Below are positions 19,364 through 29,154 of a stretch of DNA of 64,000 nucleotides, in pieces (the stretch's first letter is position 1; every line of letters starts with the position of its first letter). The notes under the pieces are model-generated. The model did no database searches and was not told where the DNA came from. It worked only from the letters and a program-made list of their open reading frames with translations. The position numbers and the translations under genes were made by a program. The DNA comes from a bacterium (GTDB lineage Bacteria; Patescibacteriota; Minisyncoccia; Moranbacterales; DUUL01): contig JABGXP010000012.1 of assembly GCA_018675685.1 (NCBI GenBank), positions 11,596-75,595 of the forward strand. The letters run 5' to 3'.

Positions 19364-20881
19364 ATGTCAGAAGTTATACAACCAAAGACATTAAAAGAAT
19401 TGATCTCTCTGAGAAAAATTCCATATAGTAGTAAGAGGATCGAGCGAATCTCGAAAGCTTATGCGATGGCCAAAAAAGCACATCAAGGACAAAAGAGAAA
19501 GTCAGGGGAAGACTATTTTGTCCATTGTGTGGAAACTGCTGCAACATTAGTTAAAATGGGTCTTGGTTCAATCACGATTAGCGCGGCATTATTACATGAT
19601 GTTCCAGAAGATACAGAGATTAAACTCGAGGAAATTGAAAAGGAGTTCGGAAAAGAGGTCGCTTTCATTGTTGAGGGTGTGACAAAGTTGGGGCATGTTA
19701 GGTTAAAAGGAAGTATTGAAGAGTATTATTTGGACAACCTGCGAAAGATGTTTATGGCAATGGCGGCTGATATACGAGTGATTCTAATCAAACTCGCCGA
19801 TAGATTGCATAACATGAGGACACTAGAAGCGTTACCTGAGAATAAACGATTTAGAATTGCAAAAGAAACAATGGAAATTTTCGTTCCAATTGCAAACCGT
19901 TTCGGTATCGGTGAGGTTAAGGGAGAGTTGGAAGATTTGGCATTTAAATATATAGAGCCTGAAAAATACAAACACATAGTTGAGTTAGAAACAGAGGCGT
20001 ATAAGCTGCGTTCACAGTACGTGAAATCTGCAATCAGGGAATTAAAGGAGGAACTGAAAACGTCAGGGATAAAATTAATTGATGTTCATGGCCGAGCAAA
20101 GAGATATTTCCGACTGTATAAAAAGTTGGAGAAATATGACATGAATGTTGATAAGGTGTATGACTTAGTTGCAATTAGATTGGTTGTAACAACAGTTGCT
20201 TCTTGTTATGAAACCTTAGGAATTGTACACAAAAAGTATAAACCGCTTATTGGTAGAATTAAAGATTACATTTCTTTGCCAAAGCCAAATGGATATAAGT
20301 CGATTCACACGACGGTTTTTGGACCCGAAGGGAAAATTTTGGAAATTCAAATTAGAACAGAAAGAATGCACGACGAAGCCGAATTCGGGATTGCTGCTCA
20401 TTGGATATATACACAGGGCAGAACATGGAAAGATATAATGTTCAGAAGAGAACCAAGGGCCGCGGAAGTACCCGAGAAAGAGCTTGAGTGGGTGCAACAG
20501 CTAAAACAGTGGCATACTGAGACGGGGGGGCAAACAGATGAATTCTGGCGCTCAATTAAAATTGATTTTTTCAAAAATCATATTTTTGCCTTTACTCCCA
20601 GTGGAGATGTAATTGAATTGCCAGAAGGTGCAACACCAATTGATTTTGCTTATCGAATTCATTCAGAAGTAGGTGACAGAGCAATGGGAGCAAAAGCTAA
20701 CGGAAAAATGGTCTCTCTGGACTACATTATTCATAACGGTGATTTAATTGATGTTGTGACGTCTAAAGATAAGAAATTACCAAGTCGTGATTGGTTGAGA
20801 TTCGTAAAAACAGCGCATGCTCAGGCCAAGATAAAAAACACATTAAGAAAGGGCGGAGTGAGAGTGGTTGGCTCAAAATAA
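19364..20881 (+). CDS. rel: RelA/SpoT family (p)ppGpp synthetase/hydrolase (HD-SYNTH-TGS, no ACT)
   Basis: LLHDVPED, KLADRLHNMRT, KPNGYKSIHT, EIQIRT, TGS TPIDFAYRIH. Confidence 0.93.
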   Translation: MSEVIQPKTLKELISLRKIPYSSKRIERISKAYAMAKKAHQGQKRKSGEDYFVHCVETAATLVKMGLGSITISAALLHDVPEDTEIKLEEIEKEFGKEVAFIVEGVTKLGHVRLKGSIEEYYLDNLRKMFMAMAADIRVILIKLADRLHNMRTLEALPENKRFRIAKETMEIFVPIANRFGIGEVKGELEDLAFKYIEPEKYKHIVELETEAYKLRSQYVKSAIRELKEELKTSGIKLIDVHGRAKRYFRLYKKLEKYDMNVDKVYDLVAIRLVVTTVASCYETLGIVHKKYKPLIGRIKDYISLPKPNGYKSIHTTVFGPEGKILEIQIRTERMHDEAEFGIAAHWIYTQGRTWKDIMFRREPRAAEVPEKELEWVQQLKQWHTETGGQTDEFWRSIKIDFFKNHIFAFTPSGDVIELPEGATPIDFAYRIHSEVGDRAMGAKANGKMVSLDYIIHNGDLIDVVTSKDKKLPSRDWLRFVKTAHAQAKIKNTLRKGGVRVVGSK

Positions 20882-20957
20882 CTTGATTGACAGAGACCCT
20901 TTTTTATGTAAGAATGGAACTAAGTTGGTTCATGAGGCAACTGATATATTTTTTGAT

Positions 20958-21031
20958 CGCGGGGTGGAGCAGCTTGGTAGCTCGACTGGCTCATAACCAG
21001 TAGGTCATCGGTTCAAATCCGGTCCCCGCAA
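20958..21031 (+). tRNA. Initiator tRNA-fMet (CAT)
   Basis: CGCGGGG/CCCCGCA acceptor with C1xA72 mismatch; CTCATAA loop; promoter TTGACA...AAGAAT upstream. Confidence 0.92.
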
Positions 21032-21129
21032 CAAGATTTAATTTTCAATTTTCAATCCCCAGTTTTCAATTCGTAAACAAGTTGAAAATTGTTAAAGAAA
21101 ATTGATTTTTTTATGTAATTTAATGATTT

Positions 21130-21203
21130 GGCGGCGTAGCTCAGTTGGTTAGAGCGTGGGACTCATAAGCCCGAGGTCAGAGGTTCAAATCCTCTCGCCG
21201 CTA
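21130..21203 (+). tRNA. tRNA-Met (CAT), elongator-type (Ile2 not excluded)
   Basis: GGCGGCG/CGCCGCT acceptor, CTCATAA loop, GTTCAAAT T-loop. Confidence 0.88.
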
Positions 21204-21296
21204 CAAAGAGAAAATTCGAGAAAGTGTTCTGATGTTCTTGTTTTTACAAATACAAAAAAATAAAAAGTACGTCCCAATAATTTAAAATGTTTTATT

Positions 21297-22478
21297 ATGA
21301 AGATAGGTTTCGATATTCGAACTGTAGGGAAAAATCGAACAGGTGACGAAACTGTAACTATACAGTTGATGAATAATCTTTTGGAAATTGATAAAAAAGA
21401 TGAATTTTTGTTATTCACAGATGAAAGTGACCAAACAGTTTTGAAGGAAATCGAGAAAAAATTCTATCGAGATAAAAAGAAAAAAAAGAAGTTCGAAATT
21501 TTTTCAATTTTGCCTTCAAAAAAAGCTTTTTGGACATTCTGGTCTTTGCCGAAGTTTATAAAAAAAACAACTATCAATATATTGCACGTGCAATACATCA
21601 CACCTTTGTGGATTCCAAAAAAAACCAAACTAGTAACAACAATTCATGATATCTCCTTTGCAAGATATCCAAACTTTATTGCAAAAAAGGATCTATTTCT
21701 CTTAAAGACTTTCATTCCATTGTCCTTAAGAAGAGCAGACAAAATCATTACTGTTTCAGAATTCACTAAACAGGAAATTATCGATGTTTACAGAATTGAT
21801 GAACAAAAAATTGAAGTTGTACATAATGGTGGTGCGACAGAAGAGTTTTTCAAAAAAAGAGTAGAGACGGAAATTATTCAATTCAAAGAGAAAAATAATC
21901 TTCCAGAAGATTTTATTCTATACATTGGAACGTTGCAGCCAAGGAAAAACATTCCTTTTCTTTTGCAAAATTTTGTTAAATTTAAACAGAAATTTGCTGC
22001 AGATAGAAAAGTTGCAAGAATGAATTTAGTGTTAGCAGGAAATAAGAGTGGTCACAACTACGACAAATCAATCGACTCTGAGATGACTGAAATAGAAAGA
22101 AGGTTTCCTCAAATTGCCAAGCAGATAATTTTCACAGGCTTTATTGATGGCAAGGATTTACCATTGTATTACAAGTCAGCTACAGTGGTTTGTATTTGTT
22201 CTAACTATGAAGGTTTTGGGTTGCCAGCAATTGAAGCAATGGCAAGTGAAACTCCTGTTCTGTCAACAAACGCATCCTGTATGCCAGAAATTTGCCTTGA
22301 CGCTGCCATGTTTTATAAACAAAGTGACCCAGAGGATTTTATTGAAAAATTGTTTCAAATAATAAATGATAAAGATTGTGCAGAAAGATTAATTGAAAAG
22401 GGGAATAGAAGAGCCCGGCAGTTTAGTTGGAAGGAATCAGCAAAACAAACTATTAAAGTCTATAATCAATTTAAATAA
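21297..22478 (+). CDS. Glycosyltransferase family 4
   Basis: TIHD, GTLQPRKN, EGFGLPAIEAMAS. Confidence 0.92.
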   Translation: MKIGFDIRTVGKNRTGDETVTIQLMNNLLEIDKKDEFLLFTDESDQTVLKEIEKKFYRDKKKKKKFEIFSILPSKKAFWTFWSLPKFIKKTTINILHVQYITPLWIPKKTKLVTTIHDISFARYPNFIAKKDLFLLKTFIPLSLRRADKIITVSEFTKQEIIDVYRIDEQKIEVVHNGGATEEFFKKRVETEIIQFKEKNNLPEDFILYIGTLQPRKNIPFLLQNFVKFKQKFAADRKVARMNLVLAGNKSGHNYDKSIDSEMTEIERRFPQIAKQIIFTGFIDGKDLPLYYKSATVVCICSNYEGFGLPAIEAMASETPVLSTNASCMPEICLDAAMFYKQSDPEDFIEKLFQIINDKDCAERLIEKGNRRARQFSWKESAKQTIKVYNQFK

Positions 22479-22601
22479 AAAATAAAGTACAATCAAAATC
22501 CTTGAAATTTGACTACAGAAAGTGTATATTTGATATGTTAAAGCTAAAAATTACAAAACCAAGTAACATAGTGATAAAACAATAAATTAAAGTTCCTAGA
22601 T

Positions 22602-23993
22602 ATGAGTATATTTTCAAACAAAAAGAAAAAGAAGCAGACTGGATTCAGAGTTCATGGAAATGAAAAAATAAGCTTTTACCAAAAGAAAACCTTTTGGTTT
22701 TTTACCGTTTTTATTTTTGCTATTATTGTCGCTGGAGGAGGATTTTTGTATAAATCCGGTAGTATTTTGAGTAAGATGTCTGGTGGTAAAGAGTCTGTTT
22801 TTGGAAGTCTTTTAGGTGTTGCATCAGGAGAAGAGATTAAACAAGAAGGCGATGGAAGAACAAATATTTTGCTTTTAGGGATGAGAGGAACAGAAATCTT
22901 AGGAGGAGACTTATTGGCGGATGTCATTATGGTGGTTTCTTTAAAGAAAGATGAGGATAAAATTGCCTTAGTTTCGATACCAAGAGATTTATATGTAAAA
23001 ATTCCTGGAAGCACTGATTCATCAAAAATTAATGCTATCCATGCGTATGGTGAACAAGCAGGCAAAAAAGAAGGCATCTCCCAAATGAAAAAAGCAGTCG
23101 GAGAAATAACTGGAATGAATATTCATTATGCTACTACAATTGATTTTGTTGGATTCAGAAAGCTAATCGACGCAGTGGACGGCGTTGACGTTACACTGGA
23201 AACTCCTTTCTATGAAGTTTCCCAGTTTGTTAAAGGGAATGAGTGTGGCGGAGAGTTTACGTTGCCTGCCGGAAAAAATCATTTAACTGGTGAAACAGCC
23301 CTTTGCTACGTTAGGGCCAGGGAGAATACTTCTGATTTTGATCGCGCAAAAAGGCAACAAGTTGTTTTGCAATCTTTGAAAAGTAGATTAATTTCGCTTG
23401 GAACATTGACTGACTTTGGAAGGGTGAGTAATATTCTTGATGCAATTGGAGATAATGTGAGAACTGATATGCCAGCTGGTGAAATGAGGGGTTTTTTTGA
23501 TGAATATGTGGGAATGCAAAATGCTGAAATTTACCAGAGAGTTTTGGAAAATACAGAAGAGGGCCTTCTGAGGGTCCCAGAAGATATTCATGGAGCAGGA
23601 TATGTTCTTGTCCCAAGAGCTGGAAACTATGATTATTCAAAGATACATGAAATTTGCAAGAACATTTTTGTCGTTGCAAGACAGAGCGATGTCGGTCCTG
23701 TGAATCAATATGCCAAGCCACAAAGAAAAATTAGAACAATTCCCATCAAAGTTATCGGAGAATTAGAAGCCTCGAGTAAATATAAAGCAAAAGCAACCCA
23801 AAAAATATTCCAGATAAAAATCGAAGGGAATTATGCAGGGAACCAGATTACGATCGATCTTAGTAAGCTGCCAAAGGCAAAAGACGAAGGTACTGTGAAT
23901 GTAAAAATTGAAGACCTGAGTATACCAGAAGGCACGAAGGTTATTTCTCACATGCCAACAAAAACTGTCGTAAAGATAAAAATAGAGAAATAA
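22602..23993 (+). CDS. LCP (LytR-CpsA-Psr) family phosphotransferase with extra C-terminal beta domain
   Basis: NILLLG, SIPRDLYV, KINA, YVRAR, DFDRAKRQQ. Confidence 0.9.
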   Translation: MSIFSNKKKKKQTGFRVHGNEKISFYQKKTFWFFTVFIFAIIVAGGGFLYKSGSILSKMSGGKESVFGSLLGVASGEEIKQEGDGRTNILLLGMRGTEILGGDLLADVIMVVSLKKDEDKIALVSIPRDLYVKIPGSTDSSKINAIHAYGEQAGKKEGISQMKKAVGEITGMNIHYATTIDFVGFRKLIDAVDGVDVTLETPFYEVSQFVKGNECGGEFTLPAGKNHLTGETALCYVRARENTSDFDRAKRQQVVLQSLKSRLISLGTLTDFGRVSNILDAIGDNVRTDMPAGEMRGFFDEYVGMQNAEIYQRVLENTEEGLLRVPEDIHGAGYVLVPRAGNYDYSKIHEICKNIFVVARQSDVGPVNQYAKPQRKIRTIPIKVIGELEASSKYKAKATQKIFQIKIEGNYAGNQITIDLSKLPKAKDEGTVNVKIEDLSIPEGTKVISHMPTKTVVKIKIEK

Positions 23994-24007
23994 GGACAAC
24001 CTAATTT

Positions 24008-24850
24008 ATGCAGAGAACAAATCCCAAGCTATCAATTATTATCACTTCATATCAAAACCCAGAGTTATTAAGACTTTGTTTGGAGTCAATAAAGAAAAAT
24101 GCCAAAGATTTGGAGTATGAAACAATTGTTGCTGACAGTAGCACAGGCGAACAAACATATGATCTCTTTAAAGAGGACTTTAAAGAGACCCTTTTTATTC
24201 CTAATCAGAAAAACAAAGGCTTTGGTGGGTTAGTTAATCAGGGGCTCAAAAAGGCAAAAGGAGATTTTTTGTTTATTATCAATGCTGATATTATAATCAA
24301 AGATAATGCTATTAAAAAACTACTTGAGTTTATCGAAAAAGACGATACAGTCGGCATTGTAGCTCCAAAGTTGATTAATTTTGATAATTCTGTGCAACAG
24401 TCTTGTTTTAGATTGTATTCTCTACTGACAATTATCTACAGAAGAACATTTCTTGGAAGAATGAGTTTTGCAAAAAAACATCTAGCTAATTTTTTGATGA
24501 AAAAAGAGCAAAAACTAGGGAACATTTTTGATGCTGATTGGGTAATGGGCAGTGCTATGATGACGAGAAGAAAAGCCGTTGACAAAATTGGCCCTTACGA
24601 TAAAAGATATTTCATGTATTTCGAGGACGTAGATTGGTGTAGGCGTTTTTGGGAGAGTGGCTATAGGGTGGTTTATAATCCGAAGGTAAAAGTTTTTCAT
24701 TATCATGGAAGGGCTAGCGCAAGTAGAAATGCTTTTAGTTCAGTTTTATTTAATAAATACACAAGAGCTCATATTAGCAGTTCAATAAAATATTTCATTA
24801 AGTTTGCGGGAAAGAAAAATCCACACATTGAATTTAATCAAGGAAATTAG
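24008..24850 (+). CDS. Glycosyltransferase family 2 (rhamnosyltransferase-like)
   Basis: NKGFG, INAD, DWVMGS, YFMYFEDVDWC. Confidence 0.9.
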   Translation: MQRTNPKLSIIITSYQNPELLRLCLESIKKNAKDLEYETIVADSSTGEQTYDLFKEDFKETLFIPNQKNKGFGGLVNQGLKKAKGDFLFIINADIIIKDNAIKKLLEFIEKDDTVGIVAPKLINFDNSVQQSCFRLYSLLTIIYRRTFLGRMSFAKKHLANFLMKKEQKLGNIFDADWVMGSAMMTRRKAVDKIGPYDKRYFMYFEDVDWCRRFWESGYRVVYNPKVKVFHYHGRASASRNAFSSVLFNKYTRAHISSSIKYFIKFAGKKNPHIEFNQGN

Positions 24851-24855
24851 AAAAA

Positions 24856-26235
24856 ATGAAAAAAGAAAACCAAGGTTATCGAGAAGAAACACAAGAACAA
24901 CAAGGCGTTGAAAGTACTGATAGCGACAATCAAGTAGAGGAGAACTTACTAGATAACTCTAATGGGGAAAGCCTTATCTCAATAAGTAAAAAAACAACCA
25001 AAAAAAATAACATTGGGATGATTGTTTTGCTTTTGTTCGTTTTTGCTGTTGGTTTTATGTGGGGAGGAAAAACTTTTGAAAAAAAGAGTCTTTCAAACAG
25101 ACTCTCAAGTTTTATTAAGCCCTCAGGTAGTAGTGTAAATATTTTCGACAAGGGAAAACCTGAAGATGTTGACTTTTCTGTTTTTTGGGAAGCATGGAGA
25201 CAAATGGATGATAAGTTTGTTGACGTTGATGAGCTAGATTCCCAAGAAAGAGTCTTCGGCGCTATTAAGGGAATGGTGTCAGCAGCAGGTGATCCGTATT
25301 CAGCATATATGAATCCGGAGGAAACTCAGGATTTTAACACTGATATGGGCGGTAGCTTTGAAGGAATCGGTGCGGAATTAGGAATGAAAAAAGGAATGCT
25401 AACAGTAATTGCCCCCCTGGAGGGAATGCCTGCAGAAAAAGCTGGTTTGCGAGCAGGAGATGTAATCGTGAAAATTTTTGACGAGATGACTCTTGATATG
25501 ACCGTTGATGATGCAGTAAAAAGAATTCGTGGTGAAAAGGGTACAGAGGTTAAATTGACAGTTGCCAGAGAAGAAACAGGAGAAACTTTGGAAATCGCAA
25601 TTATTCGTGGGAAGATAGAATTACAGAGCGTAAAGTATGAGAAAAAGGATGAAGGAATCGGATATATTAAGATTTCAAAATTTCTTGAAAATACGGGTGG
25701 GAAATTTGACAAAGCAATTATAACAGCTATAAACGATAATGTTGATGGTTTAATAATAGATGTAAGAAATAATCCTGGAGGATTCTTGAATGTTGCAATT
25801 GATATGACTTCAACGTTTATTAAGAAAGGCGATGTTGTGGTTTGGGAAAGAGGAAGAGACGGCAAAAAAACTCCCTTTAGAGCATTGGGAAAAAGTGATA
25901 AGCTGCTTGATTTGCCAATAGTTGTACTAATGAATGGTGGTAGCGCAAGTGCTTCGGAGATTATGGCAGGAGCATTAAGGGATCTTAGGAATATTAAATT
26001 AGTCGGAGAAAAAAGTTTTGGGAAAGGTTCTGTTCAACAATTGCAAGGGCTTACCGACAAATCAAGCATGAGAATCACTATTGCGAAATGGTTAACTCCA
26101 AATGGAGATTCTATTCATGAGGTTGGATTGGAACCAGATATCGAAGTGAAGATGTCCATTGATGATTATAAGGAAGAGAGAGATCCTCAGCTTACAAGAG
26201 CGCTGGAGGAACTGAAAACGGAGATAAGTAACTAA
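24856..26235 (+). CDS. ctpA: C-terminal processing protease (S41, PDZ)
   Basis: DPYS, GIGAE, DVRNNPGG, SASASEI, SFGKGSVQ. Confidence 0.93.
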   Translation: MKKENQGYREETQEQQGVESTDSDNQVEENLLDNSNGESLISISKKTTKKNNIGMIVLLLFVFAVGFMWGGKTFEKKSLSNRLSSFIKPSGSSVNIFDKGKPEDVDFSVFWEAWRQMDDKFVDVDELDSQERVFGAIKGMVSAAGDPYSAYMNPEETQDFNTDMGGSFEGIGAELGMKKGMLTVIAPLEGMPAEKAGLRAGDVIVKIFDEMTLDMTVDDAVKRIRGEKGTEVKLTVAREETGETLEIAIIRGKIELQSVKYEKKDEGIGYIKISKFLENTGGKFDKAIITAINDNVDGLIIDVRNNPGGFLNVAIDMTSTFIKKGDVVVWERGRDGKKTPFRALGKSDKLLDLPIVVLMNGGSASASEIMAGALRDLRNIKLVGEKSFGKGSVQQLQGLTDKSSMRITIAKWLTPNGDSIHEVGLEPDIEVKMSIDDYKEERDPQLTRALEELKTEISN

Positions 26236-26240
26236 GCGGA

Positions 26241-27239
26241 ATGCAAAAAAAAATTGTAACAATCGGAGGAGGAACGGGAAGCTTTGTTTTATTATCTGGA
26301 CTAAGAGAACTTGCCTTTGATATCAGTGCTATTGTTTCTATGGCTGATGATGGTGGGTCTACTGGTCGTTTGCGTGATGAATTGGGTGTTTTGCCGCCAG
26401 GAGACATTAGGCAGTGTTTAGTCGCTTTAAGTGAACAGCCATTAATTTGGCGTGATTTGTTTAATTATCGTTTTGAAACGGGAGATTTAAAAGGACATGC
26501 AGTGGGAAATATTTTTCTTTCCGGCTTGGAGAAAATGAAAGGTGATTTCTCTGAAGGTCTTGATGTAGCAATGAAAGCGTTAAATGTACACGGGAAAGTT
26601 ATCCCTGTAACAAAGGATAATGTAAATTTACATCTAGCACTTAACAACGGAAAGGTACTGACTGGAGAAGCCGAAATAAATAAAAATAACAGCATCGAGA
26701 GGATTGGTTTTGAGCAGATATATCTAGAACCACGTGCTCAAGCAAATCAAGACGCGATTAAGGCTATCATGAAGGCAGACGTTGTTGTGGTAGGGCCAGG
26801 AAATCATTATTGCAGCATAGTTCCAAATTTATTAATAGATGAAATTTCAAGAGCTATAGCCAAGACAAAAGCTAAAGTTGTTTATGTGGCAAATCTCGTA
26901 AATAAAAAAGGTCATACGGAAAATTTTTCATTGAATGATTATATTGATTCAATCAATAGTTTTATTGGTAAAGAGAGAGTTGATTTTGCAATTTTTAATG
27001 TGCAAAAACCTTCCATTGAACTGAAGAAAAGGTACGAAAAAAGAGGTGAAGAGATCCTAAAACTCAAGAAAGCTGTCAAAGGAAAGGAGGAAAGGCATAA
27101 AGTGATCACAGCCAACCTACTTGGTAAAGAAGAGGAATATAGCAAAGCTGATAAAATTTCGCACGTTAGATCTCTGATTAGGCACGATCATAAAAAATTA
27201 GCAAGAGTCATTGAAAATATTGCTAACCTCAAGGATTGA
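26241..27239 (+). CDS. yvcK: YvcK/GlmR-family (CofD-like) protein
   Basis: IGGGTG, DDGGSTGRLR, PPGDIRQCL. Confidence 0.9.
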   Translation: MQKKIVTIGGGTGSFVLLSGLRELAFDISAIVSMADDGGSTGRLRDELGVLPPGDIRQCLVALSEQPLIWRDLFNYRFETGDLKGHAVGNIFLSGLEKMKGDFSEGLDVAMKALNVHGKVIPVTKDNVNLHLALNNGKVLTGEAEINKNNSIERIGFEQIYLEPRAQANQDAIKAIMKADVVVVGPGNHYCSIVPNLLIDEISRAIAKTKAKVVYVANLVNKKGHTENFSLNDYIDSINSFIGKERVDFAIFNVQKPSIELKKRYEKRGEEILKLKKAVKGKEERHKVITANLLGKEEEYSKADKISHVRSLIRHDHKKLARVIENIANLKD

Positions 27240-27311
27240 TTAATAAAATCACTAGGAATATTGACGGAAACATCTTTTTGGGCTATGCTCAATTTTGTAG
27301 TTTATATTTTT

Positions 27312-27384
27312 GCACCATTAGCTCAGTTGGTAGAGCAGTCGCCTCTTAAGCGAACGGTCGGGAGTTCAAATCTCTCATGGTGCA
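27312..27384 (+). tRNA. tRNA-Lys (CTT)
   Basis: GCACCAT/ATGGTGC acceptor, loop CTCTTAA. Confidence 0.92.
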
Positions 27385-27403
27385 CAGTTTTGATAATCAT
27401 ATT

Positions 27404-27477
27404 GCGCTTGTAGCTCAATTGGATAGAGTACTTGACTTCGGATCAAGGGGTTGCAGGTTCGAGTCCTGCCAGGCGCA
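27404..27477 (+). tRNA. tRNA-Arg (TCG)
   Basis: GCGCTTG/CAGGCGC acceptor, anticodon arm CTTGA-CTTCGGA-TCAAG. Confidence 0.92.
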
Positions 27478-27483
27478 CGAAAG

Positions 27484-27513
27484 AAAACACGAGAATTTTA
27501 TCTCGTGTTTTTT
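27484..27513 (+). terminator. Terminator after tRNA pair
   Basis: AAAACACGAGA...TCTCGTGTTTTTT. Confidence 0.8.
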
Positions 27514-27562
27514 GTTCCCTGGTGCTATAATTAAGTTCAGTATAACAAGTATAGTAAAAAAT

Positions 27563-28567
27563 ATGAAAATTTTATTTTTTGAAACGAAAAAAGAGTCCCA
27601 GGCTTTTTTTGAAGATAAACTGTCTGAGCACGAAACTATTTTTTTTAAAGAAACTGTCCAAGAAGCAAATATAAAAGAAGATGATCTAAGTGCAGAAGTG
27701 CTTTCAGTTTTTATTTATTCACAATTAACGAAAGATGTCTTGGCAAAATTTAAAAATTTAAAAATTATTGCAACTCGATCAACTGGCTTTGATCACATAG
27801 ATATTAAGGAGTGCCAAGAAAGAGGAATAAGCGTTTTAAACGTGCCTTTCTATGGTGAAAATACAGTTGCTGAGCATACATTCGCCCTAATTCTTTCGCT
27901 TTCTCGTAATGTACATAAGTCATATCTAAGAGGAAAGAGAAATGATTTCTCAATTACCGGGCTACAAGGCTTTGACCTTAGAGGGAAAACATTAGGAGTA
28001 GTCGGTGTCGGGCATATAGGAAAACATATAATCAAAATCGCAAAAGGTTTTGGGATGAAAGTGATTGCCTTTGATAAATTTCGAGACGAAATGTTGGCCG
28101 AAGTTTTGAATTTTGAATATACAAACGAGTTAGATGATCTATTGGGGAGCTCGGATATTGTTTCTCTAAGTCTTCCTTTGAATAAAAAAACTCAACATTT
28201 AATGAATGAAGAGCGTTTTAGTAAAATGAAAAAAGGGGCAATACTAATCAATACTAGCAGAGGAGGGCTTGTAGACACAGAGGCTCTGTATAAAGCGCTA
28301 AGCGAAAATAGGATTGCTGGAGCGGGATTAGACGTGATAGAAGGAGAGGAATCTATTCAGGAAGAGAAAGAGTTATTATCATCTGAACGTAATAGCGAGA
28401 AGTTGAGAGAAGTTTTTCGAGACAAGGCTATTTTCGAAATGGAGAATGTTGTTTTTACACCCCATAATGCTTTTAACAGTGCAGAGGCAATTGAAAGGAT
28501 CTTCTCGACAACTGTTGAGAATATTAAGGGATTTGAAGCTGGGAAGCAAAAAAACGTCATAAGCTAA
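27563..28567 (+). CDS. D-isomer-specific 2-hydroxyacid (D-lactate-like) dehydrogenase
   Basis: TRSTGFDHID, GVGHIG, INTSRG, GLDV, TPHNAF; start placed at ATG 27563. Confidence 0.9.
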   Translation: MKILFFETKKESQAFFEDKLSEHETIFFKETVQEANIKEDDLSAEVLSVFIYSQLTKDVLAKFKNLKIIATRSTGFDHIDIKECQERGISVLNVPFYGENTVAEHTFALILSLSRNVHKSYLRGKRNDFSITGLQGFDLRGKTLGVVGVGHIGKHIIKIAKGFGMKVIAFDKFRDEMLAEVLNFEYTNELDDLLGSSDIVSLSLPLNKKTQHLMNEERFSKMKKGAILINTSRGGLVDTEALYKALSENRIAGAGLDVIEGEESIQEEKELLSSERNSEKLREVFRDKAIFEMENVVFTPHNAFNSAEAIERIFSTTVENIKGFEAGKQKNVIS

Positions 28568-28588
28568 CCCAGGGTTTTGTAAAAAGAG

Positions 28589-28625
28589 AAAGTCCCGTCT
28601 CCGTAATAGAAGATGGGACTTTTTT
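28589..28625. terminator. Bidirectional terminator
   Basis: AAAGTCCCGTCT...AGATGGGACTTTTTT. Confidence 0.75.
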
Positions 28626-28653
28626 AGTTCATATAGACCTTCGAAAGATCTAT

Positions 28654-29154
28654 TTATGCTTTAGATTTCTTTGGGTGGCACTTCACACAGCTTGTTGGTG
28701 CGGGGCCTTTCCCTTTGGGATCACCCTTTCTAATATTAAACTCTTTGTGGCATCCAATGCAGTTGGCATGGAGAGCTTCTTTGTGATACTTCACGATTTT
28801 TTCTGATTTACTGAGTTTTTCGCCTTTAACCTTTTTAGTCTCTTTGTGGCAGGTGGAACATTTTTCAGCAGAGTCTCCAATTACCAGAAACAAGGGTTGC
28901 CCCTCCGCGTCATGATGGCATTTATCGCAAGTAGCTTGATAATCCTGAGCGTGTTTTGCGTGAGTAAAAGTCACAAGTCCTTTGGCATGTCTCTTATAAT
29001 CTGGATTATTCATTTTCCAACTCGGAAGAAGTAGACCTTTCTGAGGGATTGTTGTGGCCGAATTGCTATTCGCGATGGATGGTTGATTAAAAAGCAGAAT
29101 CAATGCCAGTGCTACAAGTAGCCCGATTAGGGTAAAAGTAATTCCTTTTTTCAT
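28654..29154 (-). CDS. Tetraheme class III cytochrome c (cytochrome c3 family) with signal peptide
   Basis: VTFTHAKH distal ligands; CDKCHH, CSTCH, HANCIGCH, CVKCH; SD AAGGAGG; promoter TTGACA-17-CATAAT at 29283-29255. Confidence 0.92.
   Translation of the reverse strand: MKKGITFTLIGLLVALALILLFNQPSIANSNSATTIPQKGLLLPSWKMNNPDYKRHAKGLVTFTHAKHAQDYQATCDKCHHDAEGQPLFLVIGDSAEKCSTCHKETKKVKGEKLSKSEKIVKYHKEALHANCIGCHKEFNIRKGDPKGKGPAPTSCVKCHPKKSKA

Noticed and set aside
19364-20881. Rel lacking the C-terminal ACT domain as a novelty or pseudogene
   Set aside because: Clean stop followed by a tRNA promoter; catalytic motifs intact; shortened RSH forms are known in reduced genomes
27377-27562. N-terminal extension of the dehydrogenase ORF
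   Set aside because: Overlaps tRNA-Lys, tRNA-Arg and their terminator
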